This document shows, piece after piece, positions 51,960 through 64,000 of a stretch of DNA of 64,000 nt. Position 1 is the first letter of the stretch. Every line of letters begins with the position of its first letter. This DNA comes from Dendrobates tinctorius (taxonomy: Eukaryota). The notes under the pieces are model-generated. The model made no database searches. It was not told where the DNA came from and saw nothing but the letters and a program-made list of their open reading frames with translations. The position numbers and the translations under genes are program-made. The stretch is from contig NW_027361732.1 in NCBI RefSeq assembly GCF_039654945.1, positions 12,090,001 to 12,154,000 on the forward strand, given 5' to 3'.

Positions 51960-52635
51960 TGTATTATTCTCTGAGATAACACCTGTCAGTTGGGATGTGT
52001 TCCCACTTATTTTGCCCAGGTTTCATAACTATCAGCAAATGATCTGCTCCACGAGCAATTACTTCAGCAGGTTCTGGAGGACCTCTGTCCCCCCAGATTT
52101 TTACACCATCATTGATGGGATGTGAGGATCCAAATCCTTTATCAAATCTAACTGATGGACACCCCTCTGGTCTGTGCCCATTGGTAAGCAGTTATTTCTC
52201 CCAGGTGTCCATATTTCTGGTGTGCCCACTGAGTCAATCTGAGCAGTCCCTCAGTGGCGTCAGTCTTTTGAATTGGATTCAGCGACTGATATTTTGGAAT
52301 GTTCCTCTGCTAATAAGTTGAAGAGTCTTTCCAGTGTACCTGAAGCACAATAAGCATCAACATTAAACACAGTCACTTTAATACTTTGTACAACTGGCCA
52401 GATATCTTGCCACAACTATTTCTCCACACTCAGGATTGTTCCATTCAGTAATAGTAGGCACAAGCACACTGGTCTCCTCCTAATCCTGTAACCTTGCACC
52501 CACTGAATTGTTTTGGATTTACATAAATCAAACTGGCCTCCACCCACCACTCTTGTATCTACCAAAGCTTTATCATGTTGGCTGCTTTTATTGTTCAGTT
52601 AATTACCAAATCTACATGGTGGCATCTATCCATTT
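51960..52635 (-). pseudogene. Pol remnants: protease, RNase H C-terminus, integrase HHCC start and integrase C-terminus; RT and integrase core absent
   Basis: KALVDT...EASLIYVNPKQFSGCKVTGLGG; LWQDIWPVV...VFNVDAY; QWAHQKYGHLGEITAYQWAQTRG; EPAEVIARG. Confidence 0.7.
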
Positions 52636-52922
52636 GTGAAGTGTGGCCAGCAAGTCAATAACTCTTATCTTTCCCACCCCCATTGATCCTCCATTTTAGG
52701 TGATGATATCTTGGAAGTATCAAATGATAGCCTCTTCATATGGGCTTTGAATTCCTGTATCAAGGATTTCATTTCAGCATAAAGATCCTCAATCCCCGGT
52801 GCTGTAGGCTTTGACGAAGAAGGAAAGGGAGTGGGCCCTCTCTCTCCCCGTGTCCTGTCTCGTCCCTGCTGTGAAGATTCAGAATCTTTCACTGTAACCT
52901 CTCTATTATGTGAAACATCCAG

Positions 52923-54212
52923 CTATTTATTAATTCCTCTCTTTTGATACAGTTTCCACATCTCTCCAGTACCAATCCCGTCTATTTTATCCCTGTGGAC
53001 GCCATCCTTTATTAAGGCCCTAAACATATATTTCCGGGTAATACGGGGTCTAGGATTGTAATGACTTTTGTCACTGTAATGCTGCTCTTCAGAGGGAAAA
53101 TTACCTTTTTGTTTGGGACCCCAGTCTCCCAGATCCCTTAACTCTCGAATTGCCTCCAATGTATTAGCAATTGTTTTCCCAGTCTGATTTACCATTAGCG
53201 TCATCATGATATGTTTATAAGCTGGAGGGGCATTTCTAATGATGCGATTTCTAACAGCTACACTTACACCATCTTGCATATAAGCATCATAGGTGTTTGC
53301 TGAAATAGCATTTTTCATTACCTCCTCCTTCAACCTCTGAGCATAATCTTTTAACTTAAACCATGGTTTTTCATAGGGCGGCCAGTCCGCCTCAAATGGG
53401 TATTTATGCCGCAAAGCCACAGCCACAACATCAAGCATACTACACACCACATGTGGTTGCTGGATTATCAAGGTACGGAATGCCTCCTTCACTACAGGCT
53501 CATGACTGAGCTGGACAAATTTTGTGCCATCCACAGAATCCACCTGTACTTCATGAGCCCCCATCTCCCATAATCTGACTGCCCAAGCTACCAGGGATTC
53601 ATTTGACTTTTGAGAAAAACGATCATGAAGATCCTTAAGCTCCTGCTGACTGTAATCCTCTACCGCATTCTCATTCCGTTTACCTGTAGCTGTCTCTACA
53701 ATCCGTCTCCGATGTATAGGATGAACTTTCACTGGGTTAAGAGGAGGAGCAATTTCCTTCTTTCCATGGAAATGTTCAGACTCGGGATCGGTGATGTTTT
53801 CGGAATCAGTTGAATTCCACACATCACCATCCCACTGATCAGGGTTCCACTCTATCCCTGCTTTGGCTATAGCCAAAGCTACTTTCTTTTTATTCACCTT
53901 GCCTTTCCTCCTCCTGTATTTATACTCTGCTACACGTACAGCTGCCTTTTCTGCAACAAGCTGATAACCATCAAATTTATCCATTAATAACTTATTCTGA
54001 CATTGTGCTATAACCAATGCATTCTGGGCCTCACACAACTGTTTTTCCAAGTCCTGTACTTTTGATAACATACCTAATCTTTCCTTATGCTGTTTTCTAT
54101 ATGCAGACAACAATATCCATCCGCGCCTACCAACTTCGCTCAACTCTTTACCTTTCTCAACTTTCACTTTCTCTAAGCATGCAGCCACATCACCCGGTTC
54201 TGCGTCCTTCAT
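52923..54212 (-). CDS. ERV-L-like Gag, 429-aa open frame (the frame continues past a TAG to 52665)
   Basis: EWNPDQWDGDVW and YSQQELKDL..RFSQKSNESLVAWAVRLWEMG resemble ERV-L/Fv1-family Gag motifs; lies just downstream of the PBS. Confidence 0.78.
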   Translation of the reverse strand: MKDAEPGDVAACLEKVKVEKGKELSEVGRRGWILLSAYRKQHKERLGMLSKVQDLEKQLCEAQNALVIAQCQNKLLMDKFDGYQLVAEKAAVRVAEYKYRRRKGKVNKKKVALAIAKAGIEWNPDQWDGDVWNSTDSENITDPESEHFHGKKEIAPPLNPVKVHPIHRRRIVETATGKRNENAVEDYSQQELKDLHDRFSQKSNESLVAWAVRLWEMGAHEVQVDSVDGTKFVQLSHEPVVKEAFRTLIIQQPHVVCSMLDVVAVALRHKYPFEADWPPYEKPWFKLKDYAQRLKEEVMKNAISANTYDAYMQDGVSVAVRNRIIRNAPPAYKHIMMTLMVNQTGKTIANTLEAIRELRDLGDWGPKQKGNFPSEEQHYSDKSHYNPRPRITRKYMFRALIKDGVHRDKIDGIGTGEMWKLYQKRGINK

Positions 54213-54416
54213 TTATCCCATTCTTCACCCAAGCCAGCATTGTGCGACCACTTGGTTGCCAAAATATGATAGGGAGCCTGTTCCCAGCCTGGAATCTCAG
54301 TCGATTCACACACAGCCACCTTTTTCTTAAAGACAGGCATGTTTTACGCAATATCACACTATCACAAAGAGTACTGTTAATATTAATAAAAAAAAAAACT
54401 TCTGAGCCTTCTGCGT

Positions 54417-54434
54417 ATCCTGCCGACTACACCA
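54417..54434 (-). other. Primer-binding site complementary to the 3' end of tRNA-Ser
   Basis: Plus strand reads ATCCTGCCGACTACACCA versus vertebrate tRNA-Ser(AGA) 3' end ATCCTGCCGACTACGCCA (17/18, recalled); 4 nt from the LTR. Confidence 0.85.
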
Positions 54435-54824
54435 ATTATGTATTGCCAAGTTTTTTAACACTAAGGTTCGGATACGGCTTTTAAAGAAGGCTACTACTTG
54501 CAATATAATGCAATTTTATTTCAAGGTACAAAATTAAAGGAATAGTATGATTACGTACACTTTTGTATATTTTAAGATACAAAGGTTAAGTACATATAAA
54601 GATTGAATACATATAATGATTAAGTATATATAAAGAATAACTATATACAGTATACTCACATCATCAATCACCTAGAGGCTTTTAAACATCATCCGTCTGG
54701 AATATCAGAGAAGCAACACCAAGACAGAGAACCCCTGGAAGATTCACAACACTGCATGGGTTTCCACAATTATGCAGGTATCAACACTGTGCACATACAG
54801 GTATCCAGTTTTGCTTCAGTCTTA

Positions 54825-55232
54825 AGGGTCTGTAACCCTAAGCGATATTGCTAGCAATATCGCTATAACGTCACTGGTTTTTGTGACGTTATAGCGATAT
54901 TGCTAGTGACATCGCTGTGTCTGATACTTACCTCCGACCGCTCCCCCGCTGGTTATCGCTGATCGCGCGAGAACGTCCTGGACCGTTTCTCGTCGTCAGC
55001 TTTCTGCTGGGCTTCCTGCTGTGACGACGAGCGACGCGTGGACACGGACGGGAGGACATCAGGATCGCCTCGTCTGACAGGTAAGTAGCGACCCCCTGAC
55101 CCCTGCGATGTTGCTGGTGAGATCTGCCTGTGTGGCAGCTCACTAGCGACCACTTAGCGATGTACCAGCGATCCTGACCGCATCATATTGCTGGTCGGGA
55201 TCGCTGGTACATCGCTAAGTGTGACAGTACCT
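54825..55232. mobile_element. Harbinger-type MITE in the ERV 5' LTR
   Basis: TTA duplicated relative to the empty site CAGTCTTAGTCATG in the 3' LTR; AGCGAT/ATCGCT subrepeats. Confidence 0.88.
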
Positions 55233-56695
55233 TTAGTCATGTTTCTCTGACCTTAAATAATACACTTATGTGTAACTTGCTTCACCCAACCCTTTCAGTG
55301 GCCAGCCATCAAGGTCGGATGAAACAGACAACATGGCATCATCGGACAATGGGTCGTAAACCCTAACAATATAAAAGCCACATGGATTTAGATAAAACCA
55401 ACACAGACAGAGGTTAAATAAACCTTAACGTTTTACAATGACAAATATTTATAAACCTAGAACTGTTTGTGAAACAACAGTTCTCAAGATTGTCACTGTG
55501 GGCAGAAATGCAGCTATGTAATATACAGAAGGCATTCTATATATTTCAATATGGACTCAAAATTACCATTTTTATATTTGCTCTACACGGTCCTAACTCT
55601 AATATTAAACCCTTACTGTTTGTCAAGTGAAATGCAGGTAGATAAGGGCTGAGAAGGACTGAACCCACTTGGCTAGAAGACAGCCATAGCGAACCACATC
55701 AATATAACATCCAGCTAAAAGAAAATGCGGGCCTCACCAATATATGCACAGAGTGTGTATAAAACACTGTCAGACTAGTCCAGACTAGTTTGGCTAGTCC
55801 GTTACTGCAAAATTAACATTTGAATTGATATGAAATGGTGGCTGCAGTTCTGAAGTTCTGTCACTCCAGCTCTATATCCCCGACGAGTGCCGCCTCCACC
55901 TGTTTGACTGACAGCCTATATACTGTGTATCTTCAGTCAAAGGAGCCGTCAGGCAGGAGGAGAAAGCGTTGTGCGGGGAATAAAGCTGGAGTGACAGAGG
56001 ATTAAGATCTACAGCCTCATTTGCATATCAATTCAGTTGCTTATTTCTCAGTAATGGGGAAAGGACTGGTCATGTAAAGGTATTGCTGGAATGGTCTTTG
56101 AAAGAGTTACATGCGCAAATAAGTTTGGGAGGTAAAATCCTGCTGGCGGATTCCCTTTTCAGCATGCTGCAAAAAATTGCAGCAATATGCAGCACACATT
56201 AACTGTGTACAGGCAAAGCCCAGTAACATGTAAATGGGTAATGGTAATATCATTACTACTACAGAGGATAATGAAGCTTATGGCTCACAGAAATAGCTTT
56301 CTGCTAAAGTGAAAATGTTTTATGCATGGGCATGCCGGCTATGAATAGAACACACTAGACGTTCTCTAACGTTCTCTAAGCCATGTTTTAATAGAAATAT
56401 GGCTGGGTTTTTTTTTCCCGTCATGTAATTTAGTCTAGTAAATATTAAGTCAACTCTGAGATAAATCTAACCCATCAATTGTCTGCCAGGTTACATTTGC
56501 TAGTAATTCATACAAATTCTGTTACAGAAGAGAAGTGACTATAACAGAAAATGAAACCGGTAATGAGGCTTTATATTTAATGTAGGTTAATTGAGAAAGT
56601 GGAGTATGAAGAGATAAACAGCCTCTGAAAGTGCAAATTATTGGCCATATACACACTACCTGGACTACTAATCAATGATTCTTGCATTCTCTATA

Positions 56696-57845
56696 TACCG
56701 CATTTTCTGGACTATAAGACACACTTTTTTCCTCCAAAAATGTGGATGAAAATGGGGGGTGCATCTTATAGTACGGATGTTCCTGCTCTGGCTGTGGTCA
56801 CATGTCCCCGCTACTAATTAATGTTCATTGCTCTCCACTCCGATAGGCGTGGAATGCAGTTAATATTCCCTATAAGCAGCACAAGTGACTGCCCGGCAGC
56901 TGCCGGAAGCCTGTGGCTAAAACTCTGCGCTACGAAAGAGCAATTAACACTCGCTGCCCTCCACGCACATAGTCTCGGCGCGGAGAGCAGTGAGTATTCC
57001 GGCAGCTGTCCTTTGGCATGAGAGCAGCGCATGACGTCACTGCCATGCAATGCTGGCACCAGAACAAGACACTGCGTGGGAACAGTGGAAGGTAAGTGTA
57101 ATGTGTTTGTTTTTTTTAAATGTATTTCTGATGGGGCCATGTATACCAGGATGGGGATGGTGGCCAATCATACCCGGATATGGATGGGGCCATGTTTACC
57201 AGGACAGACATCGGGGCCAATCATACCAGGGTAAGGATGGGGCCCTGCATACCAGGATGGAGATGGGGGCCCTGCACACGAGAATAGGGATGAGGGGGCC
57301 ATGCCTACCAGTCTAGGTATAAGGAGAACTTGCCTACCAGGCAAGGGATGAGGGGGGCATGCATACCAGGATGGGGATGAGGAGGCCATGCATACCAGAA
57401 TAGGGATGAGGGTGCCATGCACACCAGGATGGGGATGAGAGGGGCCATGCATACCACGATAAGGATGAGAGGGCCCATGTACACCAGAATGGGGATGAGA
57501 GGGGCCATACATGCCAGAATAGGGATCAGGGGGCCATGCACACCAGGATGAGGATGAGAGGGGCCATACATACCAGGATAGGGATGAAGGAGCCATGGAT
57601 ACCAGGGTAGGGATGACGGGCCATGCATACCAGGGTAGGGATGAGCGGGGCCATGCACACCAGGATTGGGATGAGGGGGTCATTCATACCAGGATTGGGA
57701 TGAGTGGGCCATGCATACCAGGATGGGAATGAGGGGACCATATTTACCAGGGTAGGGGAAATTAAGTACAAAATTGATCACATTTTTGCTTCTATTATTT
57801 TTTCTAATTTCCTCCTCTAAAGCCTAGGTGTATCTTATGGTAGTT
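56696..57845. mobile_element. Tc2/pogo-like non-autonomous element carrying a ~30-bp minisatellite (57130-57750)
   Basis: Left end CCGCATTTTCTGGACTATAAGACACAC with a partial inverted right end; unit CATGCATACCAGGATGGGGATGAGGGGGC. Confidence 0.6.
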
Positions 57846-58670
57846 ATTTACCTATTTAGAATATATGCATTAAAGTGGACCTGCCAGCTGTGTTCTCGCA
57901 GCATGCGAATACTTACGGCCAGTTCCGGGTGTCCCATATTCACAATCCGATATTGATGGCCCTTCCTGATGCTAGGCCATCAATTAAAATCCTTTAATTA
58001 TATTTTTTTTCTAGTTTGTTAATGGGATTTTATAACATAGTTATCAATGTTCCAATCGGTAGCCTGGTTCATCCATACAAACAGCGGTCCTTCACTCACT
58101 TTAAACATAGTTGCTTTTCTGATTTAAAATTTAAAAAAAAGGAAGAACTTAATTCTCTGGTTGAATAAAATAATTACACATTTGAAAAGGATGAAGGGAG
58201 GAAGCAAATCTATTGTTTTAAAATTGATTTTGTGTCTGCTAAAAGCACTAATTACACAGTGTCTGAATAATGGCCTGGAATATAATTGTTGTTTATCCTG
58301 TGTAAGAGAGACGGCAGAATCATATATTTAAATGTGCATGTAGTATAGATGGGAGAATATGTATGAGATGTTTTTGAGCGGGAGAACCCAACTATCTAAG
58401 TGTTCACTGTCACTCTCTATTGTCCAGAACTCACAAAAGTCGTATACTGATAGCATTGTGATTTGTAGCATCTCCAGCTAATGTTTTACTGCTACAACTT
58501 CAGTCAGCTTATTATATATTTTCATTATAAACTTTCATAAGTTTTTACGTTTTTGAAAAATATGTCAAATTTATGTAAAGATTCAATATTTACAGTGTTG
58601 TCCCTTATTTATTATTATGCATTTATATAGTTCCATTTATTCCATGGCGATTTACATGTGAAATATAACT

Positions 58671-59333
58671 CATGGTTTGGACAGGGTTATTGCCCTGCAC
58701 TCACAGGGTTAAGTGTACGTGGCCTCTTTCTGGATCTGGGAGGGGTATTTATACTCACTCTTTACCATGGTTCTCTGTCAGCTATACTGTTGTTCTGATT
58801 GTGTGTCTGGCCCCCCTGGTGTGCGTGTGCACTGCATTGCTTGTTTGCTTCCCGTGTATGACCCGGTCTGTCCCCTCACTCTGTACTCTGTCTCTCATTT
58901 TAGTATTATTGTCTTTTCCGGTCCTGAACTCCTGGCTTGGCTATCGTTACTCCGTTACAGTTTGTCCCTTTTGTACCGTCTATTGCCCGTTCTGGTTTTC
59001 TGATCTAGTGCTACGTCCTGACTATCCATTCTGCCTAACCCTTTGGTACTGTAGTGCTATCTTGTGCTTTGACCCTGGCTTGATCTGGTTTCTGTCTCTG
59101 TCTATGCCTCTTGGTAGCATTGTCCTGTAGTTACCTTTCTGGAAGTTTTCCTCAGCTCCTAGCTCTCTGGAGTTTAGACCACGCCCTCAGCAGTCACTTG
59201 CTTCAGGTCCTGTGAGCCTGGAGCATGCATCATCACCACTGCTGCCCCATTCCACAGGTATCTTTGTGCACAGTTTTGTACTCAGGACACGCGTACTGGC
59301 TCAGTGAGCAGGTGCAGTGCGGTGTTCCTGACA
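58671..59333. mobile_element. Solo LTR splitting a SINE/L2 tail
   Basis: ATAAC direct repeats at 58666-58670 and 59334-59338; ends CCTGACA; the left end lacks the TG. Confidence 0.55.
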
Positions 59334-59639
59334 ATAACAAGTACAACAAACATGAGCAAAACAAGGCACACACAAGTACAGGAGGAGAGAGGACCCTGCC
59401 CGCGAGGGCTCACAGTCTCAAGACTTCTGCAAATTGTCCTGATATGGATATCTGCTTCTGGTCTAAATCCTGCCTGATGGCAACCCGATCTTACCTGATC
59501 GGTGCTTGGAGTTTATCACAATTTCTGTATTTTTGTTTGCCCACTAGCGTTTTGAGGATTGACCACGAGTTCTAAATGGTATTGAGATGTGGGGATTTTC
59601 CTAGCTATGGTCCCAAAATTTCAATGTTTGTTCCCCAAG

Positions 59640-61005
59640 TCATTAACACACTTACTGTGTATTTACCATGGTACTTCATCGCTCGGGAAAAAGCATTGCT
59701 GATCATCAAATTATTCCTGGATCATTGGGAAAAGTTGCTCTTGGAGTATATTTAATACTAATGGATAAATATCCATGGCAGCATTGTTTGCCAAAATTGT
59801 GAGTGAGCCTAATCTGTTAGATGAAAAGCAACCCCACACATGAATGTCTGTTTTTTTCAGGATGATTTACCGTTTCTTCTCCGGACAGTCATTCTTCTAG
59901 GTGTCCCAAACAGTCTGAAGGGGCGATTCATCAGTCTGTCCTTGATGTTATTCTTGGAGAGAAGTGGTCTCTTTGCTGCTCTTTTTGACACCAGGAGAGC
60001 CTACAAAATCCTTCACCTCACTGTGTGTGTAGATGCACTAACACCCGTTTGCTGCCATTCATGAGCAAGCTCTGCACTGGTGTTGAAGCTGATACCTTAA
60101 CTGAATTTTATAGGAGGCAGTCTTGGCAGTTGCTGGACTTTCTTGGGTGCCCTGTAGCCTTCTTTCCAGAAAGTGAACTTGTTTCTTTGACTGCTGATTT
60201 AGGGGCAGTCTTATAAGCAGCAGTGTTCTTACTTGTAAAGTCCTCTTTATGAGAAGCTGTTATGACTACAGATATTTCCTTGGAGGAAACTATGGCTAAA
60301 GGTCCCGTTACCCAGTGATCCCGACAACAATACGACCTGGTCAGGATCGCTGGTGCATCGCTAAATGGTCGCTAGTGAGCTGCCAAACAGGCAGATCTCA
60401 CCAGCGATGCAGCAGCGGTCGACACTTACCTGTCAGACGGCAGCTGTGGTGACGACTTCCTCCCGCATCCATGGAGTCGCTCGTCGGCACCAGCAGGACG
60501 CCAATGACGAGAAATGGACCAGGGCGATCTCGCGCGATCAACAATAGCCAGCGGGGAAGTCGGTCGGAGGTAAGTGTCACATGTAGCGAGATCGCTACCA
60601 ATATTGCTGTTGCGTCACAAAATCGGTGACGCTTTAGCGATATCGCTATGTGTAAAAGGCCCTTAACACTTGAAGTTAACAAAATGAGTCACCAGTACCC
60701 TTTCATTGCAACCAGTTTTCTCTTAGAATTAAATTAGCATGACAGAGTGATATCAGATGCCTTGTCCTCAATAACGCGTTCTCCTGAGCGAACAAGAGAT
60801 TATCATTGAAATAAAGAAAGCAGGTCATTTTGTGGTAGGGTTGACATTCTTTGGAAACTGGTATTAGTTCATGACAAGGAATGACTTTGCAGTGTTTTTC
60901 AATTCATCTGATCACTCGTAATAATAATCTATAGTTACTGTGAATTGTCATAAACCTGAAGCAGCAAAATTTGTATCAGTCTCAAAACCTTTGGTCACAA
61001 ATGTA
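59640..61005 (-). mobile_element. Old Tc1-like remnant
   Basis: Tc1-like terminus ...GTCTCAAAACCTTTGGTCACAAATG|TA and degenerate transposase-like sequence; left boundary uncertain. Confidence 0.4.
60300..60663. mobile_element. Harbinger-type MITE (family of 54825-55232)
   Basis: Shared internal sequence; TAA flanks. Confidence 0.8.
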
Positions 61006-61450
61006 CAGCTGGTCCAATATTGCATTTAAAGAGGGTGGCTTAGAAAAATGAACAAAGCACATTCTATCCCACAGTGCTATAGTCAGAATTCTGCATGCAT
61101 ATTAGCAATGATTTAACAACTGCCAGCATCCTCTGCTGGTTCATTCTTTGTACTGGGCATCTTCGTCAGATTTATATTGTGGGTAGGTGTATTTTTTATA
61201 CTTGAAGTGGACCTGACAGTTGATACATGCTGTCCGATTCACGAGCAGCATGTATCATACACTGACAGCACAATTTCAGCTGCCGTGTTTCAGAGAAATA
61301 TATACGGTAGTTTACTAGCCTCCAAGGATCGAGACGCATGAGAGTCAAGTCGGACAGGCAGGTCTCCGGCGGCTTCTCCCTGCCTGCTGCCCTTGATTGA
61401 TAGGTCTTTCCCTGTACACACTCGCAGGTACAGATGTGCTCCAGAGCTAA

Positions 61451-61884
61451 AGGGGTTGTCCGGTCAAAATTGATAAGTCTTCAGTCACTCTGGGTGACTG
61501 CAGACTTACGAATCCCCCCAGTGCATACAACTGTGTGCTGCAGGCATTTGCCGAATTCAGACCCTGAACCAGAGGGTATGTATGAGTTGTACATACCCCC
61601 GGCCAATGGGCGTGGCCTCCCTCCATACACTTGTATGGAGCCGAGGCCATGCACTAACTAGTGACGCGGCTAGCTAGTGGGCGTGTCTGACTAGAGGGTG
61701 TGGCCTTGTTCCACACAAGTGTATGGAGAGTGAGGCCGCGCCCACTGCCCGGGAATTTCTATTACTCATACATACCCGCTGGTCCCAGGTCTGAAACCGG
61801 CGGGTATGTGCGCTGCAGGGGATTCATAAGTCTGCAGTTACACAGAGTGACTGCAAACTTACTGGATTTGACCTGACAACCCCT
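61451..61884. mobile_element. T2/Kolobok-type MITE nested in another T2-type MITE (about 61205-61975)
   Basis: AGGGGTTGTC TIRs, CTAA/TTAA flanks and long imperfect arms; the outer element resembles 28150-28465. Confidence 0.75.
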
Positions 61885-62011
61885 TTAAAGCATATATGAA
61901 TGAAATTATGCAGCCAGTGCCTGATAAGTACTGCCTATGGATCGGGCAACATGTATCAGCTGCAAGGTTCTTTTTAAAGCTGTACATTAAACATTGCAGC
62001 ATACAGTGTTA

Positions 62012-62403
62012 GGGTACCGTTACACCTAGCGATGCACCAGCGATCCCGACTAGCGATATGACGCGGTCAGGATCGCTGGTGCATCGCTAGGTGGTCGCTA
62101 GTGAGCTGCCACACAGGCAGATCTCACCAGCGACATCGCAGGGGACGGAGATCGCTACTTACCTGTCAGACGCGGCGATCCTGCGTCCTCCCGCTCGGCT
62201 CCACGCGTCGCTCGTCGGCGCCACAGGAAGCCCCAGCAGGAAGTGGCCAACGAGGAATGGTCCAGGAGCTTCTCGCGCGATCAGCGATAACCAGCGGGGG
62301 AGCCGGTCAGAGGTATCACATGCTAGCAATATCGCTGCAACGTCACAAAATCGGTGACTTTACAGCGATATTGCTAGCGATATCGCAGTGTGTAACGGGG
62401 GCT
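62012..62403. mobile_element. Harbinger-type MITE (family of 54825-55232)
   Basis: TTA TSD and shared internal sequence. Confidence 0.85.
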
Positions 62404-63048
62404 TTAATTCTCCCGGCCATAATCCACCTTATCTTCTAAAGACTCTCCTAAGTGCTATTCTACAAGGGCAGAAGGGTACATTGCAGTGTAAGAGAAAATG
62501 TTTTTCAAACGGTTTCTATTGATTCCATTGGCAAGTGAGCCATCACACAGTCTTTTTTTCATATAGTAGTCTTTTTACTTGGTAGCTGTAGTAATAGTAG
62601 TGTGTGAATTGTGGACCGTTGTATAAACCAAAATGTGAAAGTTCTATTATTCCTTATTGTGTGTTTTCTGCAGAGAGACACTAGTTATATAAGTGTTTAA
62701 GTGTCCCCTGTACAGCACTTTCTGGACTTTCTGAACAAGGATAATTGTCTGTTGTCATCATGTAATTTTATAGCTCCTATCAGTGCAGTTCAAAATAAAG
62801 AGCAGGTAAAACTTCTTCAAGGTAATTTCACAAAGTGTTGCAAGTAAAACAGCTCTGGTGATTTTTCTGCAGATGGAAGGAGAATTCCTTCCTGTATATT
62901 TTTTTCCTTTTAAATCTATATCTGGCTTTGCATAAAAAACAGCAGTGGCATCCAAGTTATGTGAAACCACAAAGTTTTGGTGAAGTTTCTTTGCCATTTT
63001 TGCTACCTTTTTTGGCAAAAAATTGTTGCTGCCAAATGTTAACTGTAA

Positions 63049-63418
63049 GGGTATGTGCATATGAAGTTTCTTTTTTGCAGCTCTTCTTCAAACAACACCT
63101 GAAACATTGCATCAAATACACAGACTTCTTGTATCGTCAAACTATCTGCTGTTCATATTTTCCATCTTCTGAGCATTTTTCCCATTCTAGGTGTTGCAAA
63201 ATGCCTAGTGGGAAAAAGAAATGGCTCCTGATGGAATCCAGACTACGCACTATCCAGTCAAAAGATGCGAGAACACTTCCGGAAAAGAAAGTCTTCAAAA
63301 TTGCTTTGTAAAATTAAAAAATTCTCCCAAACTTCTGCAGAAAGGAGGAATTTCCACAATCTCCACTAGAAAACTTGCCATTTTTGAATGCCTCTCAAAA
63401 AACAATGTGCACATACTC
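63049..63418. mobile_element. Degenerate Harbinger-type MITE
   Basis: TAA|GGGTATGTGCAT...GTGCACATACTC|TAA. Confidence 0.55.
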
Positions 63419-64000
63419 TAAATCTATGAGAAAATATGAAACAAACTATTCATTTTTAACATTTGGAAAAAAAACAAAAATAAATGGTTAAAGAGAAGTA
63501 TGATGGGGTTCTTTTACACTTAAGCATTAACCTGCTAAGCTCTAGGTAAAATGGATTGAATATTTATAATAAACAGAGACAGGCTCGCCTTCCATCTACC
63601 CTTAGGACACAGCACAGGCAGCTCCAGATCGGGGTCTGCCTGGTTTGGAAGTACCAATACCGCTTCAACGGTCAAGTGAATAGAAAAGTGCATCGTCTGA
63701 GAGATATCCGATATATGACCGCTGCAGATAGTTACACGTCTGGATCCACGGGAGTATTTAGAGGGGGGAATGCCTGTTTATTATTGTTAATCTTTCTTTG
63801 GCTAAAAAAAATATATATTTTACTGTCTGTCAACTCCTGTAATATAAGTTTTATTTATGGCGCTTTTATTTATTTTTTTTCTTTTTAAGAATTTGCTCAA
63901 TATACTACATTAGAAATTGTGTATTTGTTAATAAGTTTAATATGTGCTCTCTTTTTCTCTGTTTGTTGTAATGTTATTGTAAGTCATTCTGGAGCTTTTC

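Larger units (their letters stand above)
44853..55587 (-). mobile_element. Class III (ERV-L/ERV-S-like) endogenous retrovirus with deleted pol
   Basis: 5' LTR 54439-55587 and 3' LTR 44853-51499 (both interrupted), TG...CA ends, exact 5-bp TSD CGGTC. PBS TGGTGTAGTCGGCAGGAT; PPT AAGGGTGGA. Confidence 0.92.

Noticed and set aside
52665-52925. Programmed gag-pol readthrough at the TAG
   Set aside because: The in-frame extension looks like a Gag C-terminus and stops before the protease remnant, so a premature nonsense mutation is simpler; this cannot be settled without a family consensus.
54417-54434. tRNA-Ser fragment as an RNA gene
   Set aside because: Only 18 nt including CCA and adjacent to an LTR, so it is a PBS.

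Overview
Vertebrate genomic DNA, very likely from an anuran (frog), judged from its repeat families: TTAA-flanked T2/Kolobok-type and piggyBac-type MITEs, Harbinger MITEs, DIRS1, CR1, Rex1 and tRNA-SINEs. The species cannot be fixed from the sequence. The only host coding sequence I can support is one 108-nt coiled-coil exon at 36503-36610 (+) that matches ENOX1, so the window is probably almost all ENOX1 intron. It is densely packed with nested transposons. The main ones are: (1) a Tc1 element converted into a 1.6-kb foldback with two left ends (1045-2660); (2) a DIRS1 element with near-intact ITR/ICR ends but decayed ORFs (4318-8420); (3) a tandem, apparently self-priming Tf1/sushi-type LTR element (10952-13703); (4) a 5'-truncated CR1 (19983-22757); (5) a class III (ERV-L/ERV-S-like) provirus with a tRNA-Ser PBS, a long open gag and a deleted pol (44853-55587, minus strand), whose LTRs carry a nearly intact Rex1 LINE, a piggyBac-type MITE and a Harbinger MITE. 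Less easily explained features are an array of three ~265-nt modules closed by covarying stems (30307-31462) and a hammerhead-like motif in the loop of a long hairpin (39632-39840). All coordinates and identities were read by eye; no database searches were run.
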